A program made the translations under genes and the position numbers. The notes beneath the pieces are model-generated. The model ran no database searches. It saw nothing but the letters and a program-made list of their open reading frames with translations, and was not told where the DNA came from. From Dehalococcoidia bacterium (lineage in GTDB: Bacteria; Chloroflexota; Dehalococcoidia; UBA6926): a DNA stretch of 64,000 bases. Location of the stretch: positions 532,297 through 596,296 of the forward strand of contig CBDCQG010000001.1 of the NCBI GenBank assembly GCA_965220565.1. Reading direction: 5' to 3'. Shown one piece after another: positions 30,161 to 39,691 of the stretch (the stretch's first letter is position 1; each line of letters begins with the position of its first letter).

Positions 30161-31096
30161 ATGGCACACAAGGCACCTGGCAAGCACTACCGCAAGGGCA
30201 TGACGATTATCGAAGCCGTCCGCGAGTTTGCCGACGAAGACAAGGTTGAGCGGATGTTCGTTGAGGCGCGCTGGCCGAACGGCGTCACCTGCCCGTTCTG
30301 TGGTTCGGATAGCATCACAACCCGTGCCAACCGGATCCCCGCTCCGTTCCGTTGCAAGACCTGCCGCAAGGACTTCAGCGTCAAGACGAACACGGTCATG
30401 CACTCGTCGAACATCCCGTTGAGCAAGTGGGCATTGGCGTCCTACCTGATGGGAACGAGCCTAAAGGGTGTATCGAGCATGAAGCTTCACCGCGACCTCG
30501 GAATCACGCAGAAGGCGGCATGGCACCTTGAACATCGGATACGCAAGGCATGGGAGTCCGACAACGGACTGTTCTCCGGCCCAGTCGAAGCCGATGAGAC
30601 CGCGATAGGCGGCATTGAGAAGAACAAGCACGCTGACAAGAAGGCGCACGCCGGACGCGGCTCCGTTGGCAAGACCATCGTTCACGGGATGCTAGACCGC
30701 GACTCGAATCAAGTCACGGCGCAGGTCGTCGAATCTCCCGACGCGGCAACCCTACAGGGCCGCGTGCTTGACGCCACTGAGACAACGGCGCAGGTCTACA
30801 CGGACGAAGCTCACGCCTATAAGGGCATCGCTCGGAAGCACGCGGCGGTCAATCACTCAACAGGCGAATACGTCCGTGAGCAGGCGCACACGAACGGCAT
30901 CGAGTCGTTCTGGGCGATGCTCGACCGAGGCATCATGGGAACCTTCCACCATGTCAGCCCGAAGCACCTAGACCGCTACGTCACTGAGTTTGCCGGACGC
31001 CACAACGCACGTCAGCAGGACACGCGAGAGCAGATTCGCGGGCTGGTGGCAGGCATGGACGGGAAGCGGTTGCCCTACAAGGAGCTGACCGCATGA
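30161..31096 (+). CDS. IS1595-family transposase
   Basis: RWPNGVTCPFC...CKTC zinc ribbon, KGVSSMKLHRDLG HTH, VEADET, YTDE, HTNGIESFW, YVTEFAGRHN. Confidence 0.95.
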   Translation: MAHKAPGKHYRKGMTIIEAVREFADEDKVERMFVEARWPNGVTCPFCGSDSITTRANRIPAPFRCKTCRKDFSVKTNTVMHSSNIPLSKWALASYLMGTSLKGVSSMKLHRDLGITQKAAWHLEHRIRKAWESDNGLFSGPVEADETAIGGIEKNKHADKKAHAGRGSVGKTIVHGMLDRDSNQVTAQVVESPDAATLQGRVLDATETTAQVYTDEAHAYKGIARKHAAVNHSTGEYVREQAHTNGIESFWAMLDRGIMGTFHHVSPKHLDRYVTEFAGRHNARQQDTREQIRGLVAGMDGKRLPYKELTA

Positions 31097-31446
31097 GTGA
31101 CGACAACAGCACCATAGGCAAGACGGTATCAGACTACGAGGCAATCAAGAAGCATATCGCCTGCGTCAAGAAGGAGCTTCTCGACGTAGGCACTGCGCTT
31201 GCCGTGTTGGGACAAGCGTTGAGAGACAACCCTGACAGCGTCCGCGTTGACGACGGAGCGGTCAACATCACGAGCCCATCGCCGATTCTCGGTAGACCTT
31301 CGACGCGGACAATCGACGGCTCGACCTTCGACGTGAACGGCATCGACCGACTGCTATCTGACCTAGCCCAATCGACTCAAGACCGCACGCGACTTGAGGC
31401 AACCCTGCGAGACCTCAACCTCGGCGGTCTCATATCCGATGGGTAG
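31093..31446 (+). CDS. hypothetical passenger protein
   Basis: ATGA overlap with the transposase; stop codon lies inside the right IR. Confidence 0.7.
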   Translation: MSDDNSTIGKTVSDYEAIKKHIACVKKELLDVGTALAVLGQALRDNPDSVRVDDGAVNITSPSPILGRPSTRTIDGSTFDVNGIDRLLSDLAQSTQDRTRLEATLRDLNLGGLISDG

Positions 31447-31463
31447 GATTGTATATAACTCCC

Positions 31464-31606
31464 AAAAGAAGACTCCCTCGACGTGACAGCAAGGCGGCCA
31501 GCCCGGCCAGTGCTGCGAGAGCGACAACAAGCGGGAGCGACAGGTGAATGACAAGAGAGAGCGCCAGGCCGCACAGTGTCCCGACGGCCAGCGAAAAAGG
31601 ACGCAT
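31464..31606 (-). pseudogene. comEC: comEC 5' fragment
   Basis: ATG 31606 gives MRPFSLAVGTLCGLALSLVIHLSLPLVVALAALAGLAALLSRRGSLL, directly after comEA and in frame with the 3' part. Confidence 0.88.
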
Positions 31607-31612
31607 CGCAGG

Positions 31613-32782
31613 CTAGGAGACTGAAACGAAGGGACGAATCGGCGCCAGTGTTGACGGGCCGATGCCCGGCACGTCCAGCAGTTGATCCACCTCCGTGAAC
31701 GCTCCGGAGGCCTCCCGATAATTGACGATTGCCTGCGCCACGGTTCGGCTGATGCCCGGCACGGATTCCAACTCGCCCGCGCCCGCGATATTCACATTCA
31801 CGGTGGCGCGCAGAACGGGAATCGCGTACCGCGCCCCGTCACGGATCGGTTCTGCCAGGTTCAGAGCGTGCATGTCCGCTGTCGAAAGCGTGCCGCCGGC
31901 GGCTGCGATCGCGTCGATGAGCCGGGTCCCGTTCGACAGCGTATACAACCCCGGCATCGCCACCGCGCCTGCGATGTGGACCGTCACATCCCCAACAGCC
32001 TCCTCGCCAAGGTACGGCACGTAATAGCGCTGCCCGTCCTCCAGGTGCAGCGCAAGATCGACGGCATTCGTGTCCGCGCCCGCTGAAACTCCACCGGCCA
32101 TCGTGATGAGATCAATCAGACGGGCTCCGGGAGTCAGCGTGTACGTTCCCGGCTGCTCGATCGCGCCCACAACGTGAACAAAGACGGTTCCCGTCTCTGA
32201 ATCAGCCAGGACCGGCACGTCATAGCGCCCGCCATCTTCGAGAACCTCGGCAAGGTTTAGGCCGGACAGGTCGCCCCGCTGCGTGGATCCCCCCGCCGCC
32301 GCCAATGCGTTTGTCACCCGTGAGCCTGCGGGCAATTCATAGAGGCCCGGCTCTCGCACTTCACCCCAAACATGGACAACCACCGTGCCCTCATCGAGCA
32401 GGACATTCTCCTGTGAGGGAACGATGTAACTTTTGCCGTCCTCCAGCACCTCCGCCATGGTCGCCGCGTCCGTATCTGCTCCGTCGGCTAGCCCCCCGGC
32501 CAGTTCGATTGCTTCGACAACCCTTGAATTCACCGGCAGTGAATACACCCCGGGGCGTATGACCGCGCCTCCAACGTGGACCGTGACCGCGCTTATTGCC
32601 GGTTCAGGCGAAGGAAGCTGAATCTCAACCGGAGCCGGCGCTAGAGCCAACTCCCGGGTGATGAGTACTGCGAATGCGACGGCGGCAATAACCAGCAGCC
32701 CTGTCGCGACGAGCGGCCTCAAGCGTGATGAGCGTGATTCGTCTGCGACCTCAGAACCGTCAATCCGTGTCTGCCGATCCAT
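31613..32782 (-). CDS. comEA: ComEA DNA receptor with four SLBB domains
   Basis: TM anchor, four VHV.G.V..PG.Y.L..G.R..D....AGG repeats, C-terminal HhH (VNVNIAG..EL..VPGI); start chosen at ATG 32782. Confidence 0.88.
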   Translation of the reverse strand: MDRQTRIDGSEVADESRSSRLRPLVATGLLVIAAVAFAVLITRELALAPAPVEIQLPSPEPAISAVTVHVGGAVIRPGVYSLPVNSRVVEAIELAGGLADGADTDAATMAEVLEDGKSYIVPSQENVLLDEGTVVVHVWGEVREPGLYELPAGSRVTNALAAAGGSTQRGDLSGLNLAEVLEDGGRYDVPVLADSETGTVFVHVVGAIEQPGTYTLTPGARLIDLITMAGGVSAGADTNAVDLALHLEDGQRYYVPYLGEEAVGDVTVHIAGAVAMPGLYTLSNGTRLIDAIAAAGGTLSTADMHALNLAEPIRDGARYAIPVLRATVNVNIAGAGELESVPGISRTVAQAIVNYREASGAFTEVDQLLDVPGIGPSTLAPIRPFVSVS

Positions 32783-33061
32783 CCAACCGATCCAACCATA
32801 CGTGACTATCGGCCGCATTGGCGCGGCCACGATCTGTTTCAGCGAAACCGGCAAACACTGTGAAGGAGAAGTGAGAGGAATTGCTGACCAGTAACGGATA
32901 CATAGTAGTGCATCGGCATCGGTAATCAAAGTTGACACTGTGATAAAGCGGTTTCCTGCCGCTCTCCCTCTCCCCATATACTCAATAGGAACTTCGCTTG
33001 CCGCAGCAAACCGATATGCCATGATGTGCAGTCCCCTGGAGGTGCAACCGATTTGTCGTCA

Positions 33062-33820
33062 ATGAGTCGTCCTGATGGTCGCGCCGCCGATGAATTGCGG
33101 GCTGTCTCGATCACGCCCGGCTACCTCGACCATGCCGAGGGCTCGGCGCTCATCGTGCAGGGCAGCACCAGGGTGCTCTGTGCCGCGTCCATCGAAGACC
33201 GCATACCAGGCTGGCTGCGCGGCCAACAGAGCGGTTGGGTCACGGCGGAGTACGCCATGCTCCCACGCGCCACCCACACCCGCACCACGCGTGCAAGGGC
33301 GCAGGGCAGGGACGTCGGACGGTCGCAGGAGATTCAGCGATTGATCGGTCGCTCGCTCCGCGCGGTCACCGACCTTGGCGCGCTTGGAGAGCGCAGCATC
33401 ACCATCGACTGCGATGTCATCCAGGCTGATGGCGGAACCCGCACGGCCGCCATCACCGGCGCGTATGTCGCGCTGTACCAGGCACTGCGATGGGCGCAGC
33501 GCGCAGCGATGGAAGCTGGTGACGAAGACCCCTTCCCGGACTTTCCCCTCAAGGAGGCCGTCGCCGCCGTCTCCGTTGGCATCGTGGCTGGAGCATCCGG
33601 CGACCGGATGCTCCTTGACCTCTGCTATGAAGAAGACTCTGAGGCGGGGGCGGATTTCAACATCGTCGCAACGGAATCCGGCCGCCTCGTGGAAGTGCAG
33701 GGCACAGCGGAAGGTTCAACGTACACCCGCGCCCAACTCGATGCTGTCCTCGACCTCGCAATGCAGGGCATCGGCGAACTCATTACCACCCAGAAGACTG
33801 CCATCGCAGCGCTGGCGTAG
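33062..33820 (+). CDS. rph: ribonuclease PH
   Basis: [44 protein letters not shown]. Confidence 0.97.
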   Translation: MSRPDGRAADELRAVSITPGYLDHAEGSALIVQGSTRVLCAASIEDRIPGWLRGQQSGWVTAEYAMLPRATHTRTTRARAQGRDVGRSQEIQRLIGRSLRAVTDLGALGERSITIDCDVIQADGGTRTAAITGAYVALYQALRWAQRAAMEAGDEDPFPDFPLKEAVAAVSVGIVAGASGDRMLLDLCYEEDSEAGADFNIVATESGRLVEVQGTAEGSTYTRAQLDAVLDLAMQGIGELITTQKTAIAALA

Positions 33821-33874
33821 CCGCAAAATCAACTGCGCTCTGCCAGACATGCCCCGCGATACAATGCACTCACC

Positions 33875-34672
33875 ATGACGCAAAGCAGCTCCGCAGACTC
33901 CAAGAGGCCTTTGGATGGTTCAGTCGCCCTCATTACGGGCGGCTCCCGAGGCATCGGACGAGCCATCACTTTTGAACTCGCATCTTTGGGCGCGGATGTC
34001 GCCGTCAACTTCTTCCGTAATCCCAAACAGGCCGCCGAAACCGTTGCGAGTGTCAGAGAGCGATACGGCGTCCGCGCGGAATCGTTCAAGGCCCATATCG
34101 GCGAGCCGGATCAGGTCGAGGAACTAATCTCTAATGTCATTGAGTCCTTTGGTCGACTCGATATCCTGGTCAACAACGCCGCCTCCGGCATCCAGCGCGC
34201 CGCCACGGAATTGGAAGCGAAACACTGGGACTGGACAATGGGCATCAACGCCCGCGCCCCCTGGCTCGCCGCCAAGTTGGCCGCCCCGCATATGATCGCT
34301 CAGGGCGGCGGCGCAATAATCAACATCTCCAGCCTTGGCTCCACCCGCGTCATGGCCGACTACACCAGCGTCGGCGTCTCCAAGGCAGCTCTTGAATCCC
34401 TCACTCGCTATCTTGCCGTTGAACTCGCCCCGCAGGGCATCCGGGTGAATACTGTCTCTGGCGGCCTCGTCAAGACCGATGCGCTCGACCACTTTGAAGA
34501 CCGCGAGAACATGATTGCCAAGGCAACTCGTGAGACCCCCGCCGGCCGCATGGTTGAACCCGAGGACATCGCCCGTGCTGTGGCATTCCTCTGCTTGCCG
34601 GAATCACAGATGATAATCGGCCAGACCATCATCGTTGATGGCGGAATGACGCTCACATGGCAAACGACATGA
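33875..34672 (+). CDS. fabL: enoyl-ACP reductase FabL-like SDR
   Basis: TGGSRGIG, NNAASG, YTSVGVSKAALE (FabL-type YxxxxxxK). Confidence 0.85.
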   Translation: MTQSSSADSKRPLDGSVALITGGSRGIGRAITFELASLGADVAVNFFRNPKQAAETVASVRERYGVRAESFKAHIGEPDQVEELISNVIESFGRLDILVNNAASGIQRAATELEAKHWDWTMGINARAPWLAAKLAAPHMIAQGGGAIINISSLGSTRVMADYTSVGVSKAALESLTRYLAVELAPQGIRVNTVSGGLVKTDALDHFEDRENMIAKATRETPAGRMVEPEDIARAVAFLCLPESQMIIGQTIIVDGGMTLTWQTT

Positions 34673-35508
34673 CCGACGGGCCAGGCGAGACCTCTTCGAC
34701 CGACGAACTACGCGCCATGGCGCAGTCGGCCCGTGAGCAGGACAAGCCGCTGACGGCGTGGGAGCATCTGCAAAAGGCCCTCGAAATCGACCGCCGCGAT
34801 CATGGCGAGACGCATCCCAACGTCATCCAGGACCTCAACAATCTTGCGACCGTCTTCCAGGAATTGGGGGATATGGGCGGCGCGCGCCAACACTATGAGC
34901 AAGCCCTTGAACGCGCGCGCCAGCACTACGGAGATAGAGACGAGGCCGTCGCAATAGTCCACAACAACCTCGGCGGCGTCCTGCAGGAACTGGGGCACTT
35001 CAACGACGCAAAGCGCCACCTCGAAACCGCGCTGGAGATACTGACCGCAATCCACGGCGACGACCACGCCATCGTCGCCTCAATCATCAACAACCTCGGC
35101 GGCCTCGCGCACGAATCCGGCGACCTCAACGGTGCAAAAGAGTACTACGAACGCGCCCTTGCCATCGATGAGCAACAGCGTGGCCCGGATGATCCCGTCG
35201 TTGCGGCGGAAGTCAATAACATCGCCGGGGTGCTCCGCGACCTCGGTGACCTGGAAGGCGCGCGTGAGGGCTACCAGCGAGCCATGGACATAGATGAGGC
35301 GGCCTATGGCGCGGACCACCCGCTCGTCGCCATCCGCGCCAACAACCTTGCGGGCATCCTGCAATACATGGGTGATATGGAGGGCGCGCGGGAACTCTTT
35401 GAGCGCGCAAGCCGCGTCCTGGAGCAGACCCGCGGCGAGGCCCATCCCGCCACCCAACTCGTCCAAAACAACCTCGACTCCATGCCGCCCACGGAGCGCC
35501 CTCAGTGA
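34669..35508 (+). CDS. tetratricopeptide repeat protein with 42-aa kinesin-light-chain-type repeats
   Basis: Repeated HP.VA...NNL..V...LGD...A...YERAL.I; ATGA overlap with fabL. Confidence 0.9.
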   Translation: MTDGPGETSSTDELRAMAQSAREQDKPLTAWEHLQKALEIDRRDHGETHPNVIQDLNNLATVFQELGDMGGARQHYEQALERARQHYGDRDEAVAIVHNNLGGVLQELGHFNDAKRHLETALEILTAIHGDDHAIVASIINNLGGLAHESGDLNGAKEYYERALAIDEQQRGPDDPVVAAEVNNIAGVLRDLGDLEGAREGYQRAMDIDEAAYGADHPLVAIRANNLAGILQYMGDMEGARELFERASRVLEQTRGEAHPATQLVQNNLDSMPPTERPQ

Positions 35509-35638
35509 TCCGTCTCCTTGATGCCGCAAAGACCCCATCGCATAATAGATTCATAACCACCCATGTCGTTTCGATGGCATGGCGAGACCGCCCGGAGGCG
35601 GTCTCGGTACTTAAGCAACTAAAGGTCCTGCGAGCCAT

Positions 35639-36289
35639 ATGGCAATTGAACCCCGACTTACAGATGTCTTTATTGACGGGCTGAACTTCTATAATGCGGC
35701 CGTTAGGGACTCCCCCTAAAGATGGCTTGATGTCCGTCGACTGGTTGAGAACGCCCTGCCCGAGCACACGATGGGCCGCATTTATTACTTCACTGCTGTT
35801 GTTCTGGGGCGGCCGCCGCACCATCCTGAACCAATCCGGCAGATGGTGTATATGCGGGCGCTGGCTACCATACCCGGGCTTGAAATCCATTACGGTTCCT
35901 TCAGATCGGAGAGACGCAGGATGCCTGCCGCTGACAGTCCGGGGGATACTCCGAATCTCATTCCGGTTATACGAGTTGAAGAAAAACAGACCGACGTTAA
36001 TCTGACGACGTATTTAGTCGCTCGGGCAGTGAATCATGACTATGAGCAGGCGGCCCTGATTTCATCTGATACGGATTTTGTCGGTGCGATTAGATATGTA
36101 CGTGACACGGTTGGCATCCCGGTCGTTGTGCTGAATCCTAATGTGATGCGCGGACGTGGCCTCAGTAGAGGACTTCAAGGCGCTGCGACATATGTCCGTA
36201 ATATCAGGGAGGAACACCTCGCCGAAAGTCAGCTCCCTCACCAACTGACAGATGAGCACGGCATCATCACCAAGCCTGAATCGTGGTGA
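35639..36289 (+). pseudogene. NYN (PIN-like) domain nuclease with a premature in-frame TAA
   Basis: MAIEPRLTDVFIDGLNFY..DSP*RWLD.. then EEKQTDVNL and ISSDTDF; TAA at 35717..35719. Confidence 0.82.
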
Positions 36290-36373
36290 TTCCCCCTCCC
36301 CGCTATAATGGCCGCAAGGGGTAGCAGGGCGACGCCGGCCTGATCTCAATAGGCGTCCCCGGGTGGGAGTCGA

Positions 36374-37783
36374 ATGGCGAGGCAAACGCGAAAGCCGCCC
36401 GCCGCAGCCGGGCCCGATATGTTCGAACAACAGCGGGAGGAACGCCTCTCCCATGAGGCTCCGCTGGCTGCTCGTATGCGCCCTACAACCCTGGATGAAT
36501 TCGTCGGCCAGCAGCACATCGTCGGCGAGGGCCACGTCCTCCGCCGTTCTATAGAGGCTGACCAGGTTCCGTCCATCGTCCTGTGGGGTCCGCCGGGCAC
36601 CGGGAAAACCACGCTTGCCCGCATCATCGCCCACATGACACAATCCCACTTTGAGCCCGTCAGCGCCGTTGAATCCGGCGTCGCGGACCTCCGTCGCGTC
36701 CTTACCGACGCCCGCCAGCGCCGCGGCCTTACCGGACAGCGCACCATCCTCTTCATCGACGAGATTCACCGCTTCAACAAGTCTCAACAGGATGTTGTTC
36801 TGCCCCACGTCGAGGACGGCTCCGTCACCCTCATCGGCGCAACAACGGAGAATCCCTCGTTTGAAATCGTCGCTCCTCTCCTCTCCCGTTCCCGCGTCTA
36901 CACCCTCAACGCCCTGACCGAGGGTGAGATACGAGAACTCGTCGACCGCGCTCTGACTGATCCCGAGCGCGGACTTGGCAATCTCAACGCGCGGTTGGAC
37001 GACAACGCGGAGAGCGCGCTGATTGCAATGGCGGACGGCGATGCCCGCGCCGCCCTCACCACGCTTGAGGTCGCCGTCAGCGCCACGCCACCTGAAGCGG
37101 ACGGCAGCCGCGTGGTTGACCTTGCCACCATCGAAGACGCCATGCAGCACCGCGCCGTCCGTTACGACAAGGGCGGCGAGGAGCACTACAACATCATTTC
37201 AGCGTTCATCAAGTCCATGCGCGCCTCCGATCCGGACGCCGCGATCTACTGGATGGCGCGGATGCTGGAGGGTGGAGAAGACCCGCTGTTTATTGTGCGG
37301 CGCATGGTCATCTTTGCCGCCGAGGATATTGGCCTTGCCGATCCGATGGCCCTGAGCGTCGCCACTGCCTGCCAGCAGGCCGTCCACTTTGTCGGGATGC
37401 CGGAGGGCTACCTGCCCATGGCGGAGGCGTGCCTGTATCTCGCAGCCGCCCCCAAGAGCAACTCCGCCTATAAGGCCTACCTTGCCGCCCAGCAGGACGT
37501 CCGCAACACCGGCGCGCTGCCTGTGCCGCTGCACCTCCGCAACGCCCCGCACCCGCTGATGAGCCACATGGGCTACGCCAACGGTTACAAGTATCCGCAC
37601 GACTTCCCCGGCCACGTCGTTGACCAGCAGATGCGGCCTGACTCCGTCCAGGGCCACCGCTATTTCGAACCCACGGAGCAAGGCCTCGAAGCCGAGATCA
37701 AAGCCCGCATCGCCGACTACGAAAAACGCCGCCGCGCGAATGAAGAAAACGCTACCGGGGACGATGGCCAGACTGGCGCGTAG
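36374..37783 (+). CDS. rarA: replication-associated recombination protein A
   Basis: [42 protein letters not shown]. Confidence 0.96.
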   Translation: MARQTRKPPAAAGPDMFEQQREERLSHEAPLAARMRPTTLDEFVGQQHIVGEGHVLRRSIEADQVPSIVLWGPPGTGKTTLARIIAHMTQSHFEPVSAVESGVADLRRVLTDARQRRGLTGQRTILFIDEIHRFNKSQQDVVLPHVEDGSVTLIGATTENPSFEIVAPLLSRSRVYTLNALTEGEIRELVDRALTDPERGLGNLNARLDDNAESALIAMADGDARAALTTLEVAVSATPPEADGSRVVDLATIEDAMQHRAVRYDKGGEEHYNIISAFIKSMRASDPDAAIYWMARMLEGGEDPLFIVRRMVIFAAEDIGLADPMALSVATACQQAVHFVGMPEGYLPMAEACLYLAAAPKSNSAYKAYLAAQQDVRNTGALPVPLHLRNAPHPLMSHMGYANGYKYPHDFPGHVVDQQMRPDSVQGHRYFEPTEQGLEAEIKARIADYEKRRRANEENATGDDGQTGA

Positions 37784-37907
37784 GGTAGTCTGGAGTACAT
37801 TCCTTGATGAACGAACCGGGCAACCCTAAACTGGAGCGTTAGTGCTGTCTCATGGCGCTGCCCAAAACCTATGTTGATGGGTCAACCGATGCAGTATGGA
37901 GTGAAAA

Positions 37908-38132
37908 ATGGTCGCGCGGACAAAGTTTTCCAGCCGGGTTTCCCCCCAGGTTCTGTCCCGTATGAGGGAAATCGCTCGCCAGGACGGACGGGATTTCCAA
38001 TCTGTCCTGGAAGACGCAATGAGTGCCTACATCGAAAATCGTGAAGGCAAGAACGTCAGGCCGGAAGTGATGCGGCACTTCGAGAAGAGCGTCGAGAAGA
38101 ATCGGCGCCTCTATGAGTTGTTGGCTGAGTAG
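37908..38132 (+). CDS. putative antitoxin of the Doc toxin
   Basis: 74-aa ORF overlapping the doc start; RHH-like N-terminus; C-terminal LYELLA. Confidence 0.72.
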   Translation: MVARTKFSSRVSPQVLSRMREIARQDGRDFQSVLEDAMSAYIENREGKNVRPEVMRHFEKSVEKNRRLYELLAE

Positions 38133-38518
38133 TGGCCGAGCGTTTCCCAACCATTGAGGAAGTCGTCGCTATCCATGACGATCTGATTGAGCAATTTGGA
38201 GGCGCTTTTGGCCTCCGTGACATTGGGGCATTGGAGTCCGCTCTGATGTGCCCTCAGATCGGCTACTATCAGGATCTCACGGAACAAGCCGCTGCTCTCC
38301 TTGAGAGCTTGGCAGTGAACCATCCATTCGTTGACGGCAATAAGCGAGTTGCCTTTGGCGCCGCTGATGTCTTTCTACGAATGAATGGCAGCTTCATCGA
38401 CTGCGATACCGAAGAAGCCCACGCGCATTTCATGCGCCTGTTCGAAACCAACACCTTCCGGTTTACAGAACTGGTCGAGTGGCTGGAACAACACGTCAAG
38501 CCTGTAAACGAAGCCTGA
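38132..38518 (+). CDS. doc: death-on-curing (Fic/Doc) family toxin
   Basis: GLRDIGALESAL, NHPFVDGNKR. Confidence 0.92.
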   Translation: MAERFPTIEEVVAIHDDLIEQFGGAFGLRDIGALESALMCPQIGYYQDLTEQAAALLESLAVNHPFVDGNKRVAFGAADVFLRMNGSFIDCDTEEAHAHFMRLFETNTFRFTELVEWLEQHVKPVNEA

Positions 38519-38627
38519 ACTCCAACTCTGCCTGGCTCCGCCCCCGCCCTCTCCCCGGGGATCGGCGTACAATAAGCGCAAGCGGAAAGTGCTAACCCTC
38601 GTTGGAATCGTACGGAGCATCCTGAGA

Positions 38628-38957
38628 GTGAACAGCGACGAAAAAGAAAGTGCCCGCTCCGGCCCGGAGCTCGTCCGCTCCCTGGCGGAGTTGAGTCGCG
38701 TCGGCATGACCGAAGAGGAGATCGAGTCCTTCGGCGGCCAGCTTGACGCCATCATCGAGAGCGTGTCCGCGCTGCAGGAAGTCGACACCGAGGGCGTCGA
38801 GCCGACAGGCCACGCCATTGACGTCACCAACGTCTACCGGGAAGACGCCGACCGTGAATCCTATGGCCGCGATGAGATGCTGTCCAACGCGCCCGCCGCG
38901 CAAGAGGGCTACGTCCGCGTCCGCTATGTCTTCGGCGAAGACGAAACTGAGCCCTAA
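38628..38957 (+). CDS. gatC: Asp/Glu-tRNA amidotransferase subunit C
   Basis: LQEVDTEGVEPT, NVYRED, LSNAP..EGY; start uncertain. Confidence 0.85.
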   Translation: MNSDEKESARSGPELVRSLAELSRVGMTEEEIESFGGQLDAIIESVSALQEVDTEGVEPTGHAIDVTNVYREDADRESYGRDEMLSNAPAAQEGYVRVRYVFGEDETEP

Positions 38958-39688
38958 ACCTCCCCCTCCGGCGGCCCCACCACCTCCGTCAGCCAGCCCT
39001 CCAGCTTTTCCTTTAGCTCGTCCTTCGCCTCACGCAGACCGTGGTTCGCGCCTGGGTACAGGATCAGCTCCTTCGGCTCCCCGGCCCACTCATAGATGCG
39101 CTCAGCGTCCGTGTACGGCAGAACGTCGTCCTCGCGCCCGTGCACGACAAGCAGTCGACGCGGCGCTATCTCCGCCACGTCCTGCGCGCCAAAAGTCTGC
39201 CCTGAGAGTGACGCGACCGCAACGACATCCGGTGAGAACGCCGCCGACTTTATCGCCACCGCGCCGTTGGACGAATGACCCACAAGGGCAAGCCGTCGCG
39301 CGCCGATGCCGCGCATGAATGAGATGCCCGCCAACACGTCCGCAACGGCCTCGATGAACACCTCCGGCCGCCGCTGTCCAAGCCGCAGTGATGTCACGCC
39401 CTGCTCGGTAAGTTCTTTGGCCAGCTCCTCATAGATGCCGTCCGCCGGGCCCGTGAGTTCCCGCCCGCCGCCGATGAAGATCACCGCGCCGTCCTGTCCC
39501 TCCTTGGGGTGCAGGATCGCCCGGATCTCGCCACGGTTCGTCCCGATGATGAGCTCGATTGTGCCGTCGTCATTCGGCTTGGCTGAAACGCCGGTGAACG
39601 TGACGACCAGATCGTCGTCCTGCGGCGGCTCCCCCGGCCCATTTGCGGTCGGAGGGTTCCCGTGGCCGTTTGACCCCTGCTCGACCAT
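38954..39688 (-). CDS. alpha/beta hydrolase, dienelactone-hydrolase-like
   Basis: LVGHSSNG, VHGREDDVLP, GANHGL. Confidence 0.82.
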   Translation of the reverse strand: MVEQGSNGHGNPPTANGPGEPPQDDDLVVTFTGVSAKPNDDGTIELIIGTNRGEIRAILHPKEGQDGAVIFIGGGRELTGPADGIYEELAKELTEQGVTSLRLGQRRPEVFIEAVADVLAGISFMRGIGARRLALVGHSSNGAVAIKSAAFSPDVVAVASLSGQTFGAQDVAEIAPRRLLVVHGREDDVLPYTDAERIYEWAGEPKELILYPGANHGLREAKDELKEKLEGWLTEVVGPPEGEV

Positions 39689-39691
39689 CGC

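Larger units (their letters stand above)
28542..31463. mobile_element. IS1595-family transposon with passenger genes, 2,922 bp
   Basis: Perfect 25-bp terminal IRs (GGGAGTTATATACAATCCTACCCAT at 28542..28566, its complement at 31439..31463); 8-bp direct repeat AAAAGAAG at 28534..28541 and 31464..31471; internal DDE transposase. Confidence 0.96.
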
